The position numbers and the translations under genes were made by a program. Below the pieces are notes generated by a model. The model saw only the letters and a program-made list of their open reading frames with translations, ran no database searches and was not told the DNA's origin. DNA of 64,000 nt from an uncultured Bacillota bacterium (GTDB lineage: Bacteria > Bacillota > DTU025 > MWDF01), in contig CAWGMK010000010.1 in assembly GCA_963823655.1 (NCBI GenBank), positions 1-64,000 of the forward strand, in the 5' to 3' direction. This document shows, one piece after another, positions 21,047 through 31,198 of this stretch. Each line of letters opens with the position of its first letter. Within the stretch, counting starts at the first letter, position 1.

Positions 21047-21146
21047 CCGTCACGCCTCCCCGGCTCCATGCGGCCTGGACATGGCCCGCGGAGCGTCCTC
21101 CGGAGCGGACGGACGGGCCCCGCAGGGCGATCCGTGCTGGAGATGA

Positions 21147-21221
21147 TGGAGGCGACGACCGGATTCGAACCGGTGAATAGAGGTTTTGCAGACCTCTGCC
21201 TTGCCACTTGGCTACGTCGCC
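21147..21221 (-). tRNA. tRNA-Cys(GCA)
   Basis: GGCGACG acceptor stem, anticodon loop CTGCAAA, GGTTCGAATCC, CCA end. Confidence 0.95.
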
Positions 21222-21255
21222 CCGATCGCGGCCGGTGTCACCCGCCCGCGGTGTC

Positions 21256-21329
21256 TGGCTGCCCCTCGAGGATTCGAACCTCGGTTCACGGATCCAAAGT
21301 CCGGCGTCCTACCACTGAACGAAGGGGCA
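21256..21329 (-). tRNA. tRNA-Gln(TTG)
   Basis: TGCCCCT acceptor, loop CTTTGGA, GGTTCGAATCC, CCA end. Confidence 0.95.
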
Positions 21330-21369
21330 ACGTGACCCACGACAGTCTACGAGGTAGGGCGAGAGGGAG

Positions 21370-21445
21370 TGGAGCGGAAGACGGGACTCGAACCCGCGAC
21401 CCTCACCTTGGCAAGGTGATGCTCTACCAACTGAGCCACTTCCGC
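21370..21445 (-). tRNA. tRNA-Gly(GCC)
   Basis: GCGGAAG acceptor, loop TTGCCAA, GGTTCGAGTCC, CCA end. Confidence 0.95.
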
Positions 21446-21480
21446 CCGATCCTGACGCGCAGCCGACCGACGCCATGTTG

Positions 21481-21556
21481 TGGTGCCGAGAGCCAGATTC
21501 GAACTGGCGACACCGCGATTTTCAGTCGCGTGCTCTACCAACTGAGCTATCTCGGC
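21481..21556 (-). tRNA. tRNA-Phe(GAA)
   Basis: GCCGAGA acceptor, loop CTGAAAA, AGTTCGAATCT, CCA end. Confidence 0.95.
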
Positions 21557-21696
21557 CCGCCGGTGCGGTCGCGATATTAGACCACAACCGGGTCACCTCG
21601 CACAACCGCTGCCCCCTCGGGTCCCGGGACCGGCGCCGATATCGGAATCTTCACGGGGGCGGCCTTCCGGCGACCCGCGCAGGCTGGTACATTCAG

Positions 21697-21815
21697 GTCG
21701 GCCGAACCTCCGCGCCACGGAGGACGGGGACCAGGACTCCCAGGACCGCACCACCCGCGCAGCCGCGTCGGGTCTCGCAGGTGGCCGGCCCATCCAGCTC
21801 ACCTCGCAGGCCGGA
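21697..21815 (+). ncRNA. ydaO/yuaA (c-di-AMP)-like riboswitch, divergent centre
   Basis: 5' GGCCGAA-CCTCCG/CGGAGG hairpin-ACGGGGACCA and 3' CCCATCCAGCTCACCTCGCAGGCC match ydaO end motifs; TCGGCC/GGCCGG closing stem; -10 TACATT at 21688. Confidence 0.6.
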
Positions 21816-21841
21816 GTCGTCGAACCTGCTTGGAGGTGTCC

Positions 21842-23138
21842 TTGAACTGGCGTCCCATCCCACTGCCGGACAGCAGTGGGATCGCCCACGCCCTCTCCGC
21901 GCGGCCCAGCACCCTGCAGCGCAACCTGCTGCTGGACCTCCTCGCGGCCGTCGGGCTGGGTGCCGGGCTGGCCGTCGTGGGCTGCGCTCCTGCCCTCCAT
22001 GGCGCGCCAGCAGGGCCTCAGCTCCATGGGCCTCGCGGCGTTCGCGGCCATCCCCTTCCTGACCAGCCTCCTCGGGCTCTTCGCGGGCCGCATCGGGCCG
22101 CGCACGCCCAGGCACCTCTCCATCTATCGAGCCCTCGGGGCCGCGGGCCTGCTCCTGGTCCTCGTCGCGCCGCAGCCGCTCTTCATGGCCCTGGCCATGC
22201 TCGGCTTCTGGCTGGCGTGGTCCCTGGGCGCGCCCATGCAGCAGCGCATCTGGAGCGGCATCTACCCCTCCGCCAGCCGCGGCCGCCTGCTGGGCATCGT
22301 GGGCTCGGGCCGCTCGCTGGCGACCATGACCGCCCTGCTGGCCGTCACGTTCGCAGCCGCCGGCGCGGGCTGGCTGGCCATCGTGGCCGTCGTCGCCATC
22401 GTCGGCATCGTCGTCCGGCCTGGCACCCAGCCGACTGGCCTGGACACGGACCAGGAGGTCCCCAGCTACGGGGCCGTCGAGTCCGTCCGCACGGTCCTGC
22501 GCCGGCCCATGCTGCGCCGCATCACCACTGCACAGCTCATCTTCGGCAGCGGCATGGTCGCCCTTCCGGCCCTCATCGCCATGATCCAGGTGGACCGCCT
22601 GGGCCTGTCCATCGGGGACATCGCCGTGGCCGGCTTCACGGGCGCCGCGGTCACCGTCGTGACCTTCAGCGCCTGGGGGCGCCTGGCGAGCCGCACGAAC
22701 GGGCTCGTGACCATGACCTCCGGGACCATCCTGGGCACCCTGGCCATGGCCACCTTCGCGCTGGCGCCCGACTTCACGGTGCTGCTCGTCGCCAGCGCCC
22801 TGGTGGGGGCAGCCAACGCCGCCATCGACGTCTCGTGGCCCCTGCTCATCGCCGACCACGCCGCCCGGGACGAGCAGGCGGCCGCGGCCGCGGGCCTCGG
22901 CGCCATCATGGGCCTGCGCGGCCTGATCATGCCCTTCGTCATCGTGCTGCCCATCCAGCTCGGGCTCATCGACGTCACGGGGGCGCTGCTGCTCTGCGTG
23001 GTCGCCGGCGTGACCGGCACGCACGCTCTACCTGCGCGTGTCCGGCCTGTACCGGGTGCCGGTGCGAGTGGCCAAGCGTGCCGCCGGGCTCGCGGCCGCC
23101 GGACTGCGCGGTCTCTCCGCCTGACGCCCCGGCCCTGA
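21842..23138 (+). CDS. MFS transporter; frameshifted
   Basis: GGAGGTG SD before TTG; many TM segments; YPSASRGRLLG and WGRLASRTNG loop motifs. Confidence 0.8.
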
Positions 23139-23139
23139 C

Positions 23140-24132
23140 TCAGTCGAGGCCGGCCAGGGCTCGCATGCTGTTGGCGTCCAGCTCCGGCTCGCCGGTCATG
23201 CGCCGCAGCCGATTGATGCGGTCGACGATGGCCGGGTGCGTGCTGAAGAGTCCTCGGGCGCTGGCATCGAGCTTCTTGATGGGGTTGACCACGTAGAGGT
23301 GCTGGGTCGCCCGGTTGGCGACCTCCAGGGGCTCCTGGTCCGTGGCCAGCTTGGCCAGGGCACGCTCCAGGCCGTAGGGGTTGCGCGTCAGCTCCACGCT
23401 CGTGGCATCGGCCAGGTACTCGCGCTGGCGGTTGACGGCCATCTGCACGAGCCGCGCGAAGATCGGCGCCAGGATGGCCACCAGCAGGCCGATGAAGAAG
23501 ATGAGCATGGCGGCCCCGTTGTTGCCGCTGCTGTCACTGCGGCGTGAGGAGCGGCCGGTCATGCCACCCCAGATGGTCATGCGCGCCAGCATGTCCGCGA
23601 GCAGCGCGATGGAGCCCACCAGCACGCCGACGAGCAGGCTGAAGCGGATGTCGTAGTTGGCCACGTGCGCCAGCTCGTGACCGATGACGCCCTGCAACTC
23701 CTCCCGGTCGAGCTTCTGGAGCAGCCCGATGGTGATCGCCACGCTGGCGTGCTCCGGGTCGCGGCCGGTGGCGAAGGCGTTGGGGGCCGTGTCGTCGATG
23801 AGGTAGACCTTGGGCATGGGCACGTTCGCGGCCAGGCTCAGCTCGCGCACGACGTTCATGAGCTGCGGCTGGTCCTGCTCGCTGACCTGACGAGCCTGCG
23901 AGGCGGCCAGCACCAGGCTGTCGCCACCGAAGAAGGCGCCCGCGCTCAGCAGCGCGGCGAAGCCGATGCCGAAGGGCACGAAGAGCAGGGCGCCTGCGGG
24001 ATCGCCAGCGAAGTAGAAGCCCATGAACCAGCCCAGCGCGCCGAGGATGGCGACGATGACCAGCATCAGCAGGATCGAGCGCGTCTTGTTCTGCCGGATC
24101 TGCTTGTGGAAGGTCTCGCGAACGACGGTCAT
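23140..24132 (-). CDS. htpX: M48 family zinc metalloprotease HtpX
   Basis: PNAFATGRDP, ELQGVIGHELAH, RQREYLAD, LFSTHP. Confidence 0.93.
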   Translation of the reverse strand: MTVVRETFHKQIRQNKTRSILLMLVIVAILGALGWFMGFYFAGDPAGALLFVPFGIGFAALLSAGAFFGGDSLVLAASQARQVSEQDQPQLMNVVRELSLAANVPMPKVYLIDDTAPNAFATGRDPEHASVAITIGLLQKLDREELQGVIGHELAHVANYDIRFSLLVGVLVGSIALLADMLARMTIWGGMTGRSSRRSDSSGNNGAAMLIFFIGLLVAILAPIFARLVQMAVNRQREYLADATSVELTRNPYGLERALAKLATDQEPLEVANRATQHLYVVNPIKKLDASARGLFSTHPAIVDRINRLRRMTGEPELDANSMRALAGLD

Positions 24133-24156
24133 GGCGTGGCGACGGGCATGGCGTGG

Positions 24157-25017
24157 CTACCTTTGGGCAGGGTGCGCGCCCCGGGGCTGCCGGGGCACGC
24201 CAGCGGTCACTAGCCGGGGCGGGCCGGGCGGGGGCTGATAGCCTGGCGGCGGCTGGTATCCGGGCGGCGGGGCCTGCGGTGGCTGCTGGGGCGGGTAGCC
24301 CTGCTGCGGTGGATAGCCCTGCTGCGGTGGATAGTTCGGCGGAGGCGGTGGCATCTGCGGCGGGTAGGCCGGTGGCGGCGGAGGGGGTGGCGCGGCTGGT
24401 CTCGGCTGGCCGGCACGGGCGTTGCCGCCGCCGGACGGCTTGTCGTCGTCCCCACCGAAGCCGAGGTCCACGTCCGGGACCTGCGACGCTTCCGGCTCGG
24501 CATCGAAGAAGTCGCGCTTCCGGAAGCCCAGGGGGCCCGCGATGATGTTGGCGGGGATCGTGGCGATGGAGGTGTTGTAGTCGAGCACGGTGGCGTTGTA
24601 GTGCTGCCGCGCGAAGCTGATCTGGTTCTCCGTCGTGGTCAGCTGCTCCTGCAGCTCCAGCACGTTCTGGTTGGACTTGAGCTCCGGGTAGTTCTCCACC
24701 GTCGCGAACAGCGATCGCAGCGAGGAGGTCAGGGCGTTCTCCGCCTGGGCCTGCACGGCCGGCCCCTGGGCGCCCGCGGCGACGGCGTTGGCGCGCGCCT
24801 CCGTGACGTCCGTGAGGACCTTCTGCTCGAAGCCCATGTAGCCCTTGACGGCATCCACGAGGTTGGGGATGAGGTCCCAGCGCCGCTTCAGCTGCACCTC
24901 GATCTGGGCATAGGCCTCGTCGATGCGCAGGCGCTTCTGCACCAGGCCGTTGTAGATGAGGATCCCCACGGCGACGATGACGACGGCGATGATCCCGATG
25001 ATCAACCAGGTCTCCAT
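24157..25017 (-). CDS. lemA: LemA family protein with Pro/Gln/Tyr-rich C-terminal tail
   Basis: YNGLV, IEVQLKRRWDLIPNLV, ENYPELKSN, TENQISFARQHYN; YPPQQG repeats; true stop may be 24210. Confidence 0.92.
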   Translation of the reverse strand: METWLIIGIIAVVIVAVGILIYNGLVQKRLRIDEAYAQIEVQLKRRWDLIPNLVDAVKGYMGFEQKVLTDVTEARANAVAAGAQGPAVQAQAENALTSSLRSLFATVENYPELKSNQNVLELQEQLTTTENQISFARQHYNATVLDYNTSIATIPANIIAGPLGFRKRDFFDAEPEASQVPDVDLGFGGDDDKPSGGGNARAGQPRPAAPPPPPPPAYPPQMPPPPPNYPPQQGYPPQQGYPPQQPPQAPPPGYQPPPGYQPPPGPPRLVTAGVPRQPRGAHPAQR

Positions 25018-25042
25018 CCAGGCCCTCCGATCGGCTGCGTAC

Positions 25043-25955
25043 TCATGCCACAGGGTACTCGCTTCGCGCCATCGCCTCTCGCCAGCAGCGGACCGACTCG
25101 ACCAGGTCTGCGAGAACGTCGGCATCAGGCGCTTCGAACGCCGGGATCACCTCGAGGACGAGGGGCGCCGTGACATCCCGGCCAAGGGCCTCGAGCACCC
25201 GGTCGGGATCGATCCTGCCCACCTCGGCGTACTGCGGCGTGAACGGCCAGTGGCGGTCCCCTTCCGTGTCGCCCTGCTGGATCTGGATGACGGAGGCCAG
25301 CCTGCCCATCCTTGACAGCCACGCATAGGGGTCGCGATCCTCGCCGTCCGTGTCGGGCACGCACATGTGCCCCACGTCCAGGCACAGCTGGATGGGGACA
25401 TGCTCCGGATCGCCGGCCGTGATGAGGGACTCGATGTCAGCCATCGTCGAGGGCTCTCGACGGGCCGCGAGGTTCTCGACGAGGAGACCCTCGAGCCCGC
25501 GACGGCGCGCCACCCCGGCGAGTCGACCGAGCCGGACCTTGAGCTCCTCCCACAGCTGCCCGCGGCGGGCGGGATCGGCCCAGTCGGGGACGCTGAAGGC
25601 TCCCACGTGGCCGCCCATGGATGCCGCGCCCACGCGAGCCGCGAAATCGAGGGCGCGTTCGTACCAGCCCTCGGCGGCGTCACGTTCATGCCCACTCGGG
25701 TGGAGCAGGAGGTTCGAGGAGTATCCGGCCACCCCGGTGAAGGCCGAATGGAGCCGGATGCCGTACCGGGCTGCGGCCTCGAGATGCTCGTCGACAGTCT
25801 CGCGCCACGGAATCGGCATCACGGGTCACGTCCACGAGGTCGAACGACACCTGGACGAGGTCCAGGCCCAGCTCGTCGCGCACGATGGGCGCCCAGTCGC
25901 TTGGCCGCGGCCAGCGCTTCACCGCGAAACAGGTGTTGATGCCCAGCTCCGTCAT
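25043..25955 (-). CDS. Sugar-phosphate isomerase/epimerase, TIM barrel (EryC-like); frameshifted
   Basis: LGINTCFAVKRWP, NLLLHP, MGGHVGA, LDVGH, QQGD...DRHWPFT. Confidence 0.75.
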
Positions 25956-25972
25956 CCTGTCAGCCTCCGAGT

Positions 25973-27001
25973 TCAGCGGTCCGATCCAACGCGGGTGCGC
26001 AGCCAACTGATGCCGATGGCCAGCACGATGAGGCCACCGAAGGCGATCTCCTGGAGGAAGGGGTTGATGCGCAGCATGTTGAGCATGTTGGAGATGACCC
26101 CCAGCAGGAGCACGCCGAAGAAGGTGCCCACGACGCCGCCGCGCCCGCCGGTGATGGGCACCCCGCCGATGACGACGGCGCCGATGGCGCGCAGCTCCAG
26201 GCCGGCACCCGTGGACGGCAGTGCCGAACCGATGCGCGAGATGAGCATGATGGCCGCCACTCCGATGAGGACGCCGTTGATGGCGAAGAGCAGCACGGTC
26301 GTACGCGAGACGTCGATGCCGGCCAGGAACGCGGCTCTCGGATTGTCACCGATGGCGTACGTGCGCCGGCCCAGGCGCGTGTAGCGCAGCAGGAAACCGA
26401 CGGCCACGTAGCCCAGCAGGCTGATGAGGAAGATGAGCGGCAGGTTGCCGCCCAGCAGCCGCGTACTCGAGAAGAAGGTGAAGTTGTTGGGCACCAGCTG
26501 GATGATGCCCTCGGTGAGCGCCAGGGCGATGCCCGTGAAGATGCCCGCCGTGGCCAGCGAGACGATGAAGGTGGGCGCCTGGAAGAGGCGCGCCAGCGTG
26601 GCGTTCACGACGCTGCACGTGATGGCCACGGCCATGCCGGCCAGCATGGCCAGCTCCTCGGGGTAGCCGGCCAGCACGATCATGGCCATGGTCACGGCAG
26701 CCAGGCCGATGATGGCGCCCACCGAGATGTCGAAGTTGCCCGAGATGATGAGGATGGTGGCGCCGGCCGCGACGAGCCCCAGCACCGACGACTGCTCGAG
26801 GATGCTGATGATGTTGCGCGGGTTGAAGAAGCGGTCGTTGACGAGGCCCGTGAAGATGCCCAGGCCGATCGTCAGCAGCAGGATGAGCACCCACTGGTTG
26901 GCGGCCACGAACGAGAGGATCGCGCTGCGACGCGTCCGCTGGCTCGCCGGGCCCGGCGTCGCGGGGCTGCTGGTGGGGGCCGACTCACTCGCCTGTGACA
27001 C
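25973..27001 (-). CDS. Sugar ABC transporter permease (RbsC-like)
   Basis: IISGNFDISVG, RYTRLGRRTYAIGDNPRAA, ELRAIGAVVIGG. Confidence 0.92.
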   Translation of the reverse strand: MSQASESAPTSSPATPGPASQRTRRSAILSFVAANQWVLILLLTIGLGIFTGLVNDRFFNPRNIISILEQSSVLGLVAAGATILIISGNFDISVGAIIGLAAVTMAMIVLAGYPEELAMLAGMAVAITCSVVNATLARLFQAPTFIVSLATAGIFTGIALALTEGIIQLVPNNFTFFSSTRLLGGNLPLIFLISLLGYVAVGFLLRYTRLGRRTYAIGDNPRAAFLAGIDVSRTTVLLFAINGVLIGVAAIMLISRIGSALPSTGAGLELRAIGAVVIGGVPITGGRGGVVGTFFGVLLLGVISNMLNMLRINPFLQEIAFGGLIVLAIGISWLRTRVGSDR

Positions 27002-28541
27002 CCAGGAACTCCTTCATCAGACTCTGCTCCGTGGCTTCGGCGGCCGCGACCGTCGAGATGATGCGGCCGTTGCGCATGATGGCGATGCGGTCGCTGATGG
27101 AGAGCAGCTCGGGCAGGTCCGACGAGACGATGATGACCGCCCGCCCCGCCTTGAGCAGCTCCGCGATGAACCCGTAGATGTCGTGCTTGGCGCCGATGTC
27201 CACGCCCTTGGTGGGCTCGTCGAACATGTAGACCTGCGCGTCGACGGCCAGCCAGCGACCGATGAGGACCTTCTGCTGGTTGCCGCCCGAGAGGCGCTTG
27301 ACCTCCTGCTCGACGCTCGGGGTGACGATGCCGAGGCGCTCCACGATGCCATCCGCCAGGGCCCGCTCGCCGCGCACGACGGCGCCCCGCAGCTCGTTCC
27401 AGGCCGTGGCCAGGTTCTCGCGCACGGTCCGGTCGGGGAAGAGACCGGAGTTGGCCCGGTCCTCCGTGACCAGGGAGAGGCCGGCGGCGACCGCCTCGCG
27501 CGGGCTGCGCGGTCGCGAGGCGCGGCCGTCGATGTGGATGGTCCCGCTGCGCGGCTTCCTGACGCCGAACAGCAGCTCGAGCAGCTCGGTGCGGCCGGCG
27601 CCCACGAGGCCGCCGATGCCCAGCACCTCGCCGCGGCGCACCTCGAACGAGACCGGCTCGGGGACACCCGGGCCCGCAGTACTCCTCGACGCGCATGAGG
27701 ACGTCGCCGATGGGCACGGTCTCCTTGACGAAGAAGGCTGAGGCGTCCCGTCCCGACCATGAGGTGCACGAGCCCCTCGGCGGTGGCCCCGGCAGCTGGC
27801 AGGGTGGCCACGTGCTGGCCGTCCTTGAGGACGGTGATACGGTCGGCGACGCGCAGGACCTCCTCGAGGTAGTGCGAGATGTAGATGATGCCCAGGCCGC
27901 GTTCGGCGAGCCGGCGGACGAGCGACAGGAGGTGCTCCGTCTCAGCCTGCCCCAGCGACGAGGTCGGCTCGTCGAGGATGAGGACATCGGGCGAGAAGCG
28001 CAGGGCGCGCACGATCATCGTCAGCTGCCGCTGGGCGGGCGAGAGCCGGGCCCCGAGCTCGTCAGGGTCGAGATCGACGCCCAGGTCCTCGATGATGGCC
28101 TGCGTGATGCGGCGCTGCTGGCTCGTGTCCACGACGTCGACGGCCCGCACCGGCTCCTGGCCCAGGAAGACGTTGTCAGCCACGGTCAGGCTGGTGACGA
28201 TGTCCGACTCCTGGTAGATGGTGCTGATGCCGAGCTGCCAGGGCCGAGCGCGGCGTGAGGTGCCGGTGCGTCTCGCCACGCAGGATCGATGGCGCCCTGG
28301 TCCGGACTGCACGACGCCGGCCAGGATCTTCATGAGCGTGGACTTGCCCGCCCCGTTCTCGCCGATGAGGCAGTGCACCTCGCCCGGCCGACAGGTCGAA
28401 GCTGACGTCGACCAGGGCGCGCGTGCCCGGGTACGTCTTGGAGATGTGCTCGAGCGAAAGGACCGGACCGGTCGACCCAGTCGCCTGGGTCTCCGGCCCG
28501 GTCCTCGTGGGCTTGCACGGTCACGGGCAAGCCTTGGTCAC
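26985..28541 (-). CDS. Sugar ABC transporter ATP-binding protein (RbsA-like); frameshifted
   Basis: GENGAGKSTLMK, ILDEPT, LSGGNQQKV, FDEPTKGVDIGAK. Confidence 0.92.
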
Positions 28542-28542
28542 G

Positions 28543-29615
28543 CTACTCGCGGCCGACCAGCAGGTCCGGCAGGTACTTGTCCGTGATCTCCCAGTAGAGG
28601 TCGCTGGGCTCCCACGGAACGACGAGGGTGGGGTCGGCCACGGTCTCCGGCGTGACCGGGATGACCGGCAGCATGATCTGCTGGTTCATCTCGTCGGTGC
28701 AGCCGCTGACGTAGTTGTTGAGGGCGTGGTAGGCCACGAAGCCCTCCCAGCCCGGGGAGCTGCTGATGGTGTACTTCAGCGAGCCTTCCTCGAGCAGCGG
28801 GATGCCGGCCGGCGAGCCGTTCTGGGCGAAGACCTTGACGGGGTTGTCCAGGTAGCCCTCGTTGCGCAGCATGCGGATGACGGCCGTGGACATGTCCTCG
28901 TCCATGACGAAGAGCAGGCCGAACTCCTCGCCGGAGTTGATGAGGTCCTGGGCCAGCGAGACGGCGGTGTCCGGGCTGTACTTGGTCTCCTCGATGGTGA
29001 CCAGCTCGTTCTGCCCGAGCTCCTCGGCCCGCTCCGTCATGCCCTGGTTGATCTTCTGGCTGGGCGGCGAGTCGAAGAAGCCGGTCAGGATGACGAACTT
29101 CTCACCGGGGTAGGTCTCGGCCATCCAGTCGGCGTAGGCCGTGCCCATGCCGTACCAGTCGAAGTCGATGGACGCCACGTGGTCCTGGCCGTTGGCGATG
29201 ACGGTGCCGACGCTGTCGGTGAGGACCACCGGGATGCCGGCCTCCTCGCCCCGCTTGGCGGCCAGGGTGGCGCCGGCCTCCGTCGAGGAGAACATGCTGA
29301 TGCCGTCGACGCCCTGGTTGACCAGCGACTCGATGTTCGCGATCTCCTTCTCGGGGTCGTACTCGGTGTTCAGCACGACGACCTCGTTGCCGTCCTGCTC
29401 GGCGGCGTACACGAAGCCATCGACGTCGCGCTGGTACCACGTGTCTGGGCCTGGGCTGATGTAGCCGTAGGTCTTGCCGCCGGCTGTTGGGTCGCAGGCT
29501 GCATCGTCCTGCGCGGCGACCGGGACGGTGCCGGAAACGAGCATCGACGCGGCCATGAGCGCGCCACTGACAAGGACACGCGCATCCTGGCTCGCCCTCG
29601 CGGATCACCCACCAT
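28543..29615 (-). CDS. Sugar ABC transporter substrate-binding protein
   Basis: Signal peptide, Peripla_BP-type sequence (NIESLVNQGVDGI, GIPVVLTD); AAGGAGG SD. Confidence 0.88.
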
Positions 29616-29653
29616 GGGACCCTCCTTGCGTCCTGCCTCTGCCTGGACAGTGG

Positions 29654-29677
29654 GGACGTCAGGACATCCGGACGTCC
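29654..29677. promoter_or_regulatory. Candidate operator of the sugar ABC operon
   Basis: Three tandem 8-mers GGACGTCA GGACATCC GGACGTCC, near-palindromic, ~40 bp upstream of the SBP start. Confidence 0.45.
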
Positions 29678-29825
29678 TCCCCGATGGTGGCATATCCGTC
29701 AAGCCGGCGAGCACCCGGGGCGCCACAAGGACGGGCTGCGGCGAGCACGCCGATCCGGGTCGCCTTCATCGACTCGACACGCCAGGACCACACGACCGTC
29801 ACACAGGTCGGCTGAGGCCCGCGCA

Positions 29826-29886
29826 CCACGCCCGTGCGGGCGCTGCGTCACTCCACGCCCGTGCGGGCGCTGCGTCACTCCACGCC
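29826..29886. repeat. 27-bp tandem duplication containing a GC hairpin
   Basis: CCACGCCCGTGCGGGCGCTGCGTCACT twice plus CCACGCC; overlaps the stop codon of the Cys-rich ORF. Confidence 0.85.
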
Positions 29887-30066
29887 GAACAGGCGCGAGA
29901 GGAAGCCGCTGCTCTTCTGGGTCGCCGTGGCTTGCGCGGGGGCGGTCCTGCCGTGACCCTGGCAGCGCTCGGCGTTCGGGATGCCCCGGAGCGCCTGCTC
30001 CACGTGTTTGCCGCAGCCGTTCACGGTCGGCTTGCCACACGAGCGGCAGGTGGTTCGTGCACACAT
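29875..30066 (-). CDS. Small Cys-rich protein (MC-x4-CxxC-x7-CGxH-x12-C)
   Basis: MCARTTCRSCGKPTVNGCGKHVEQALRGIPNAERC; AAGGGG SD. Confidence 0.75.
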   Translation of the reverse strand: MCARTTCRSCGKPTVNGCGKHVEQALRGIPNAERCQGHGRTAPAQATATQKSSGFLSRLFGVE

Positions 30067-30100
30067 CGGATCGGTATCCCCTTCGTTCTGTGTCCGGCGC

Positions 30101-30376
30101 TCAGGCGAGCGCCAGGAGGAGCTTCTGCAGGCGCGCCGAGACATCCTCGGCGTCGTTCCGTTCCTCGACGAGGCACTGCTTGAGGCTCGCGAAGACAAGG
30201 CTGAACGCGACGCTGTTGACCGCCTTGCTGACCGCCGCCAGCTGACCCACGACCTCCTCGCAGTCGCGGCCCTCGTCGACCATCCGGGCGACCGCCCCAA
30301 GCTGACCGTGGGCACGGTTCAGGCGCGCGACGATCGCACGCTGGTCGGCCACAGCCGGAAGGGCCTTCATCGTCAC
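30101..30376 (-). CDS. CsoR/RcnR-family repressor, CstR-like (x-C-x-C fingerprint)
   Basis: RLNRAHGQL..V.RMVDEGRDCEEVVGQLAAV; second Cys in SLKQC with no His four residues before it. Confidence 0.88.
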   Translation of the reverse strand: MTMKALPAVADQRAIVARLNRAHGQLGAVARMVDEGRDCEEVVGQLAAVSKAVNSVAFSLVFASLKQCLVEERNDAEDVSARLQKLLLALA

Positions 30377-30426
30377 TCGTGCCTCCATCTCGCCTCGTGA
30401 TGCCGAGAACGACTGGAACCGTAGCA

Positions 30427-30444
30427 CATACCCCGGGGGGTATG
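30427..30444. promoter_or_regulatory. CsoR/CstR-type operator
   Basis: CATACCCCGGGGGGTATG palindrome with G-tract just upstream of the repressor gene, next to -10 TACGGT. Confidence 0.85.
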
Positions 30445-30550
30445 CAGCCGCGGCCCCCGGCTCCATCGACGCTCGCCGTCGACGACGACACGTTCTCCAG
30501 AAGCGGCGGCCGGCGAGTGGGACTCCACGATGGATCGACCGTGCGGGTCG

Positions 30551-30931
30551 TCAGTCGAGCGTCGACAGCAAGAACAGGACGAGGGCGACGGCAGCCACAA
30601 CGATGCATGCCGTGAGGACCAGATGCGCCAGCAGCGCTGGCCGATAGCTGTGCGTGTCGATCTCGCGCTCGGTGCGCATGAAACGGTAGGCGCCCACGAT
30701 CGACACGGCAGCGCCAAGGAGGACCATGGCGATCCCGAGGACGGACCCGGTACCGGTGGTTCCGCCGCCCTCGAGCGCGAAGCGGTCCACCAGGAAGCCG
30801 ATGGCGATGACGCCAAGGGCCGTGCGTTGCCAGGCCAGCAGCGTGCGCTCGTTGGCAAGGTGGTCACGCACCGCGGCCTCGGGCAAGTCGCGCCGGTCGG
30901 TCGACTGTTCGGCGTCGTCCTGACCGCTCAT
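30551..30931 (-). CDS. YidH/DUF202 family membrane protein
   Basis: RDHLANERTLLAWQRTAL. Confidence 0.9.
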   Translation of the reverse strand: MSGQDDAEQSTDRRDLPEAAVRDHLANERTLLAWQRTALGVIAIGFLVDRFALEGGGTTGTGSVLGIAMVLLGAAVSIVGAYRFMRTEREIDTHSYRPALLAHLVLTACIVVAAVALVLFLLSTLD

Positions 30932-31021
30932 CCTGTCCATCCTGCGATGTCCTGGGCTGCTTTGGTCGCCCGTGATCCCAGCTGACCGATCGGGGATCAG
31001 CCTGCCAGGGAGGGCGGTGGA

Positions 31022-31098
31022 TGGTGGGCGGTGAGGGACTCGAACCCCCGACATCCTCGGTGTAAGCGAGGCGCTCTAACCGACTGAGCTAACCGCCC
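31022..31098 (-). tRNA. tRNA-Val(TAC)
   Basis: GGGCGGT acceptor, loop CTTACAC, GGTTCGAGTCC, CCA end. Confidence 0.95.
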
Positions 31099-31198
31099 AC
31101 GGAGACGGGATGGTACCGCGGTCGCACGATCGGCCCGCCGGGTCGCACGGTGCGGCGCGCGCCGTCACGACGGTCACGCGAGCGTCAGGCAGGGGAGG

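Noticed and set aside
19822-21147. Integrated element with att site at tRNA-Cys
   Set aside because: No integrase or transposase and no duplicated tRNA 3' end was seen.
29826-29886. Mobile-element target-site duplication
   Set aside because: Copies are directly adjacent with nothing between them; simple tandem duplication of a terminator-like hairpin.
28423-30183. Long antisense ORFs (also 43141-44805, 57322-58971, 39930-41300)
   Set aside because: Shadow frames of high-GC genes on the opposite strand with no recognisable motifs.
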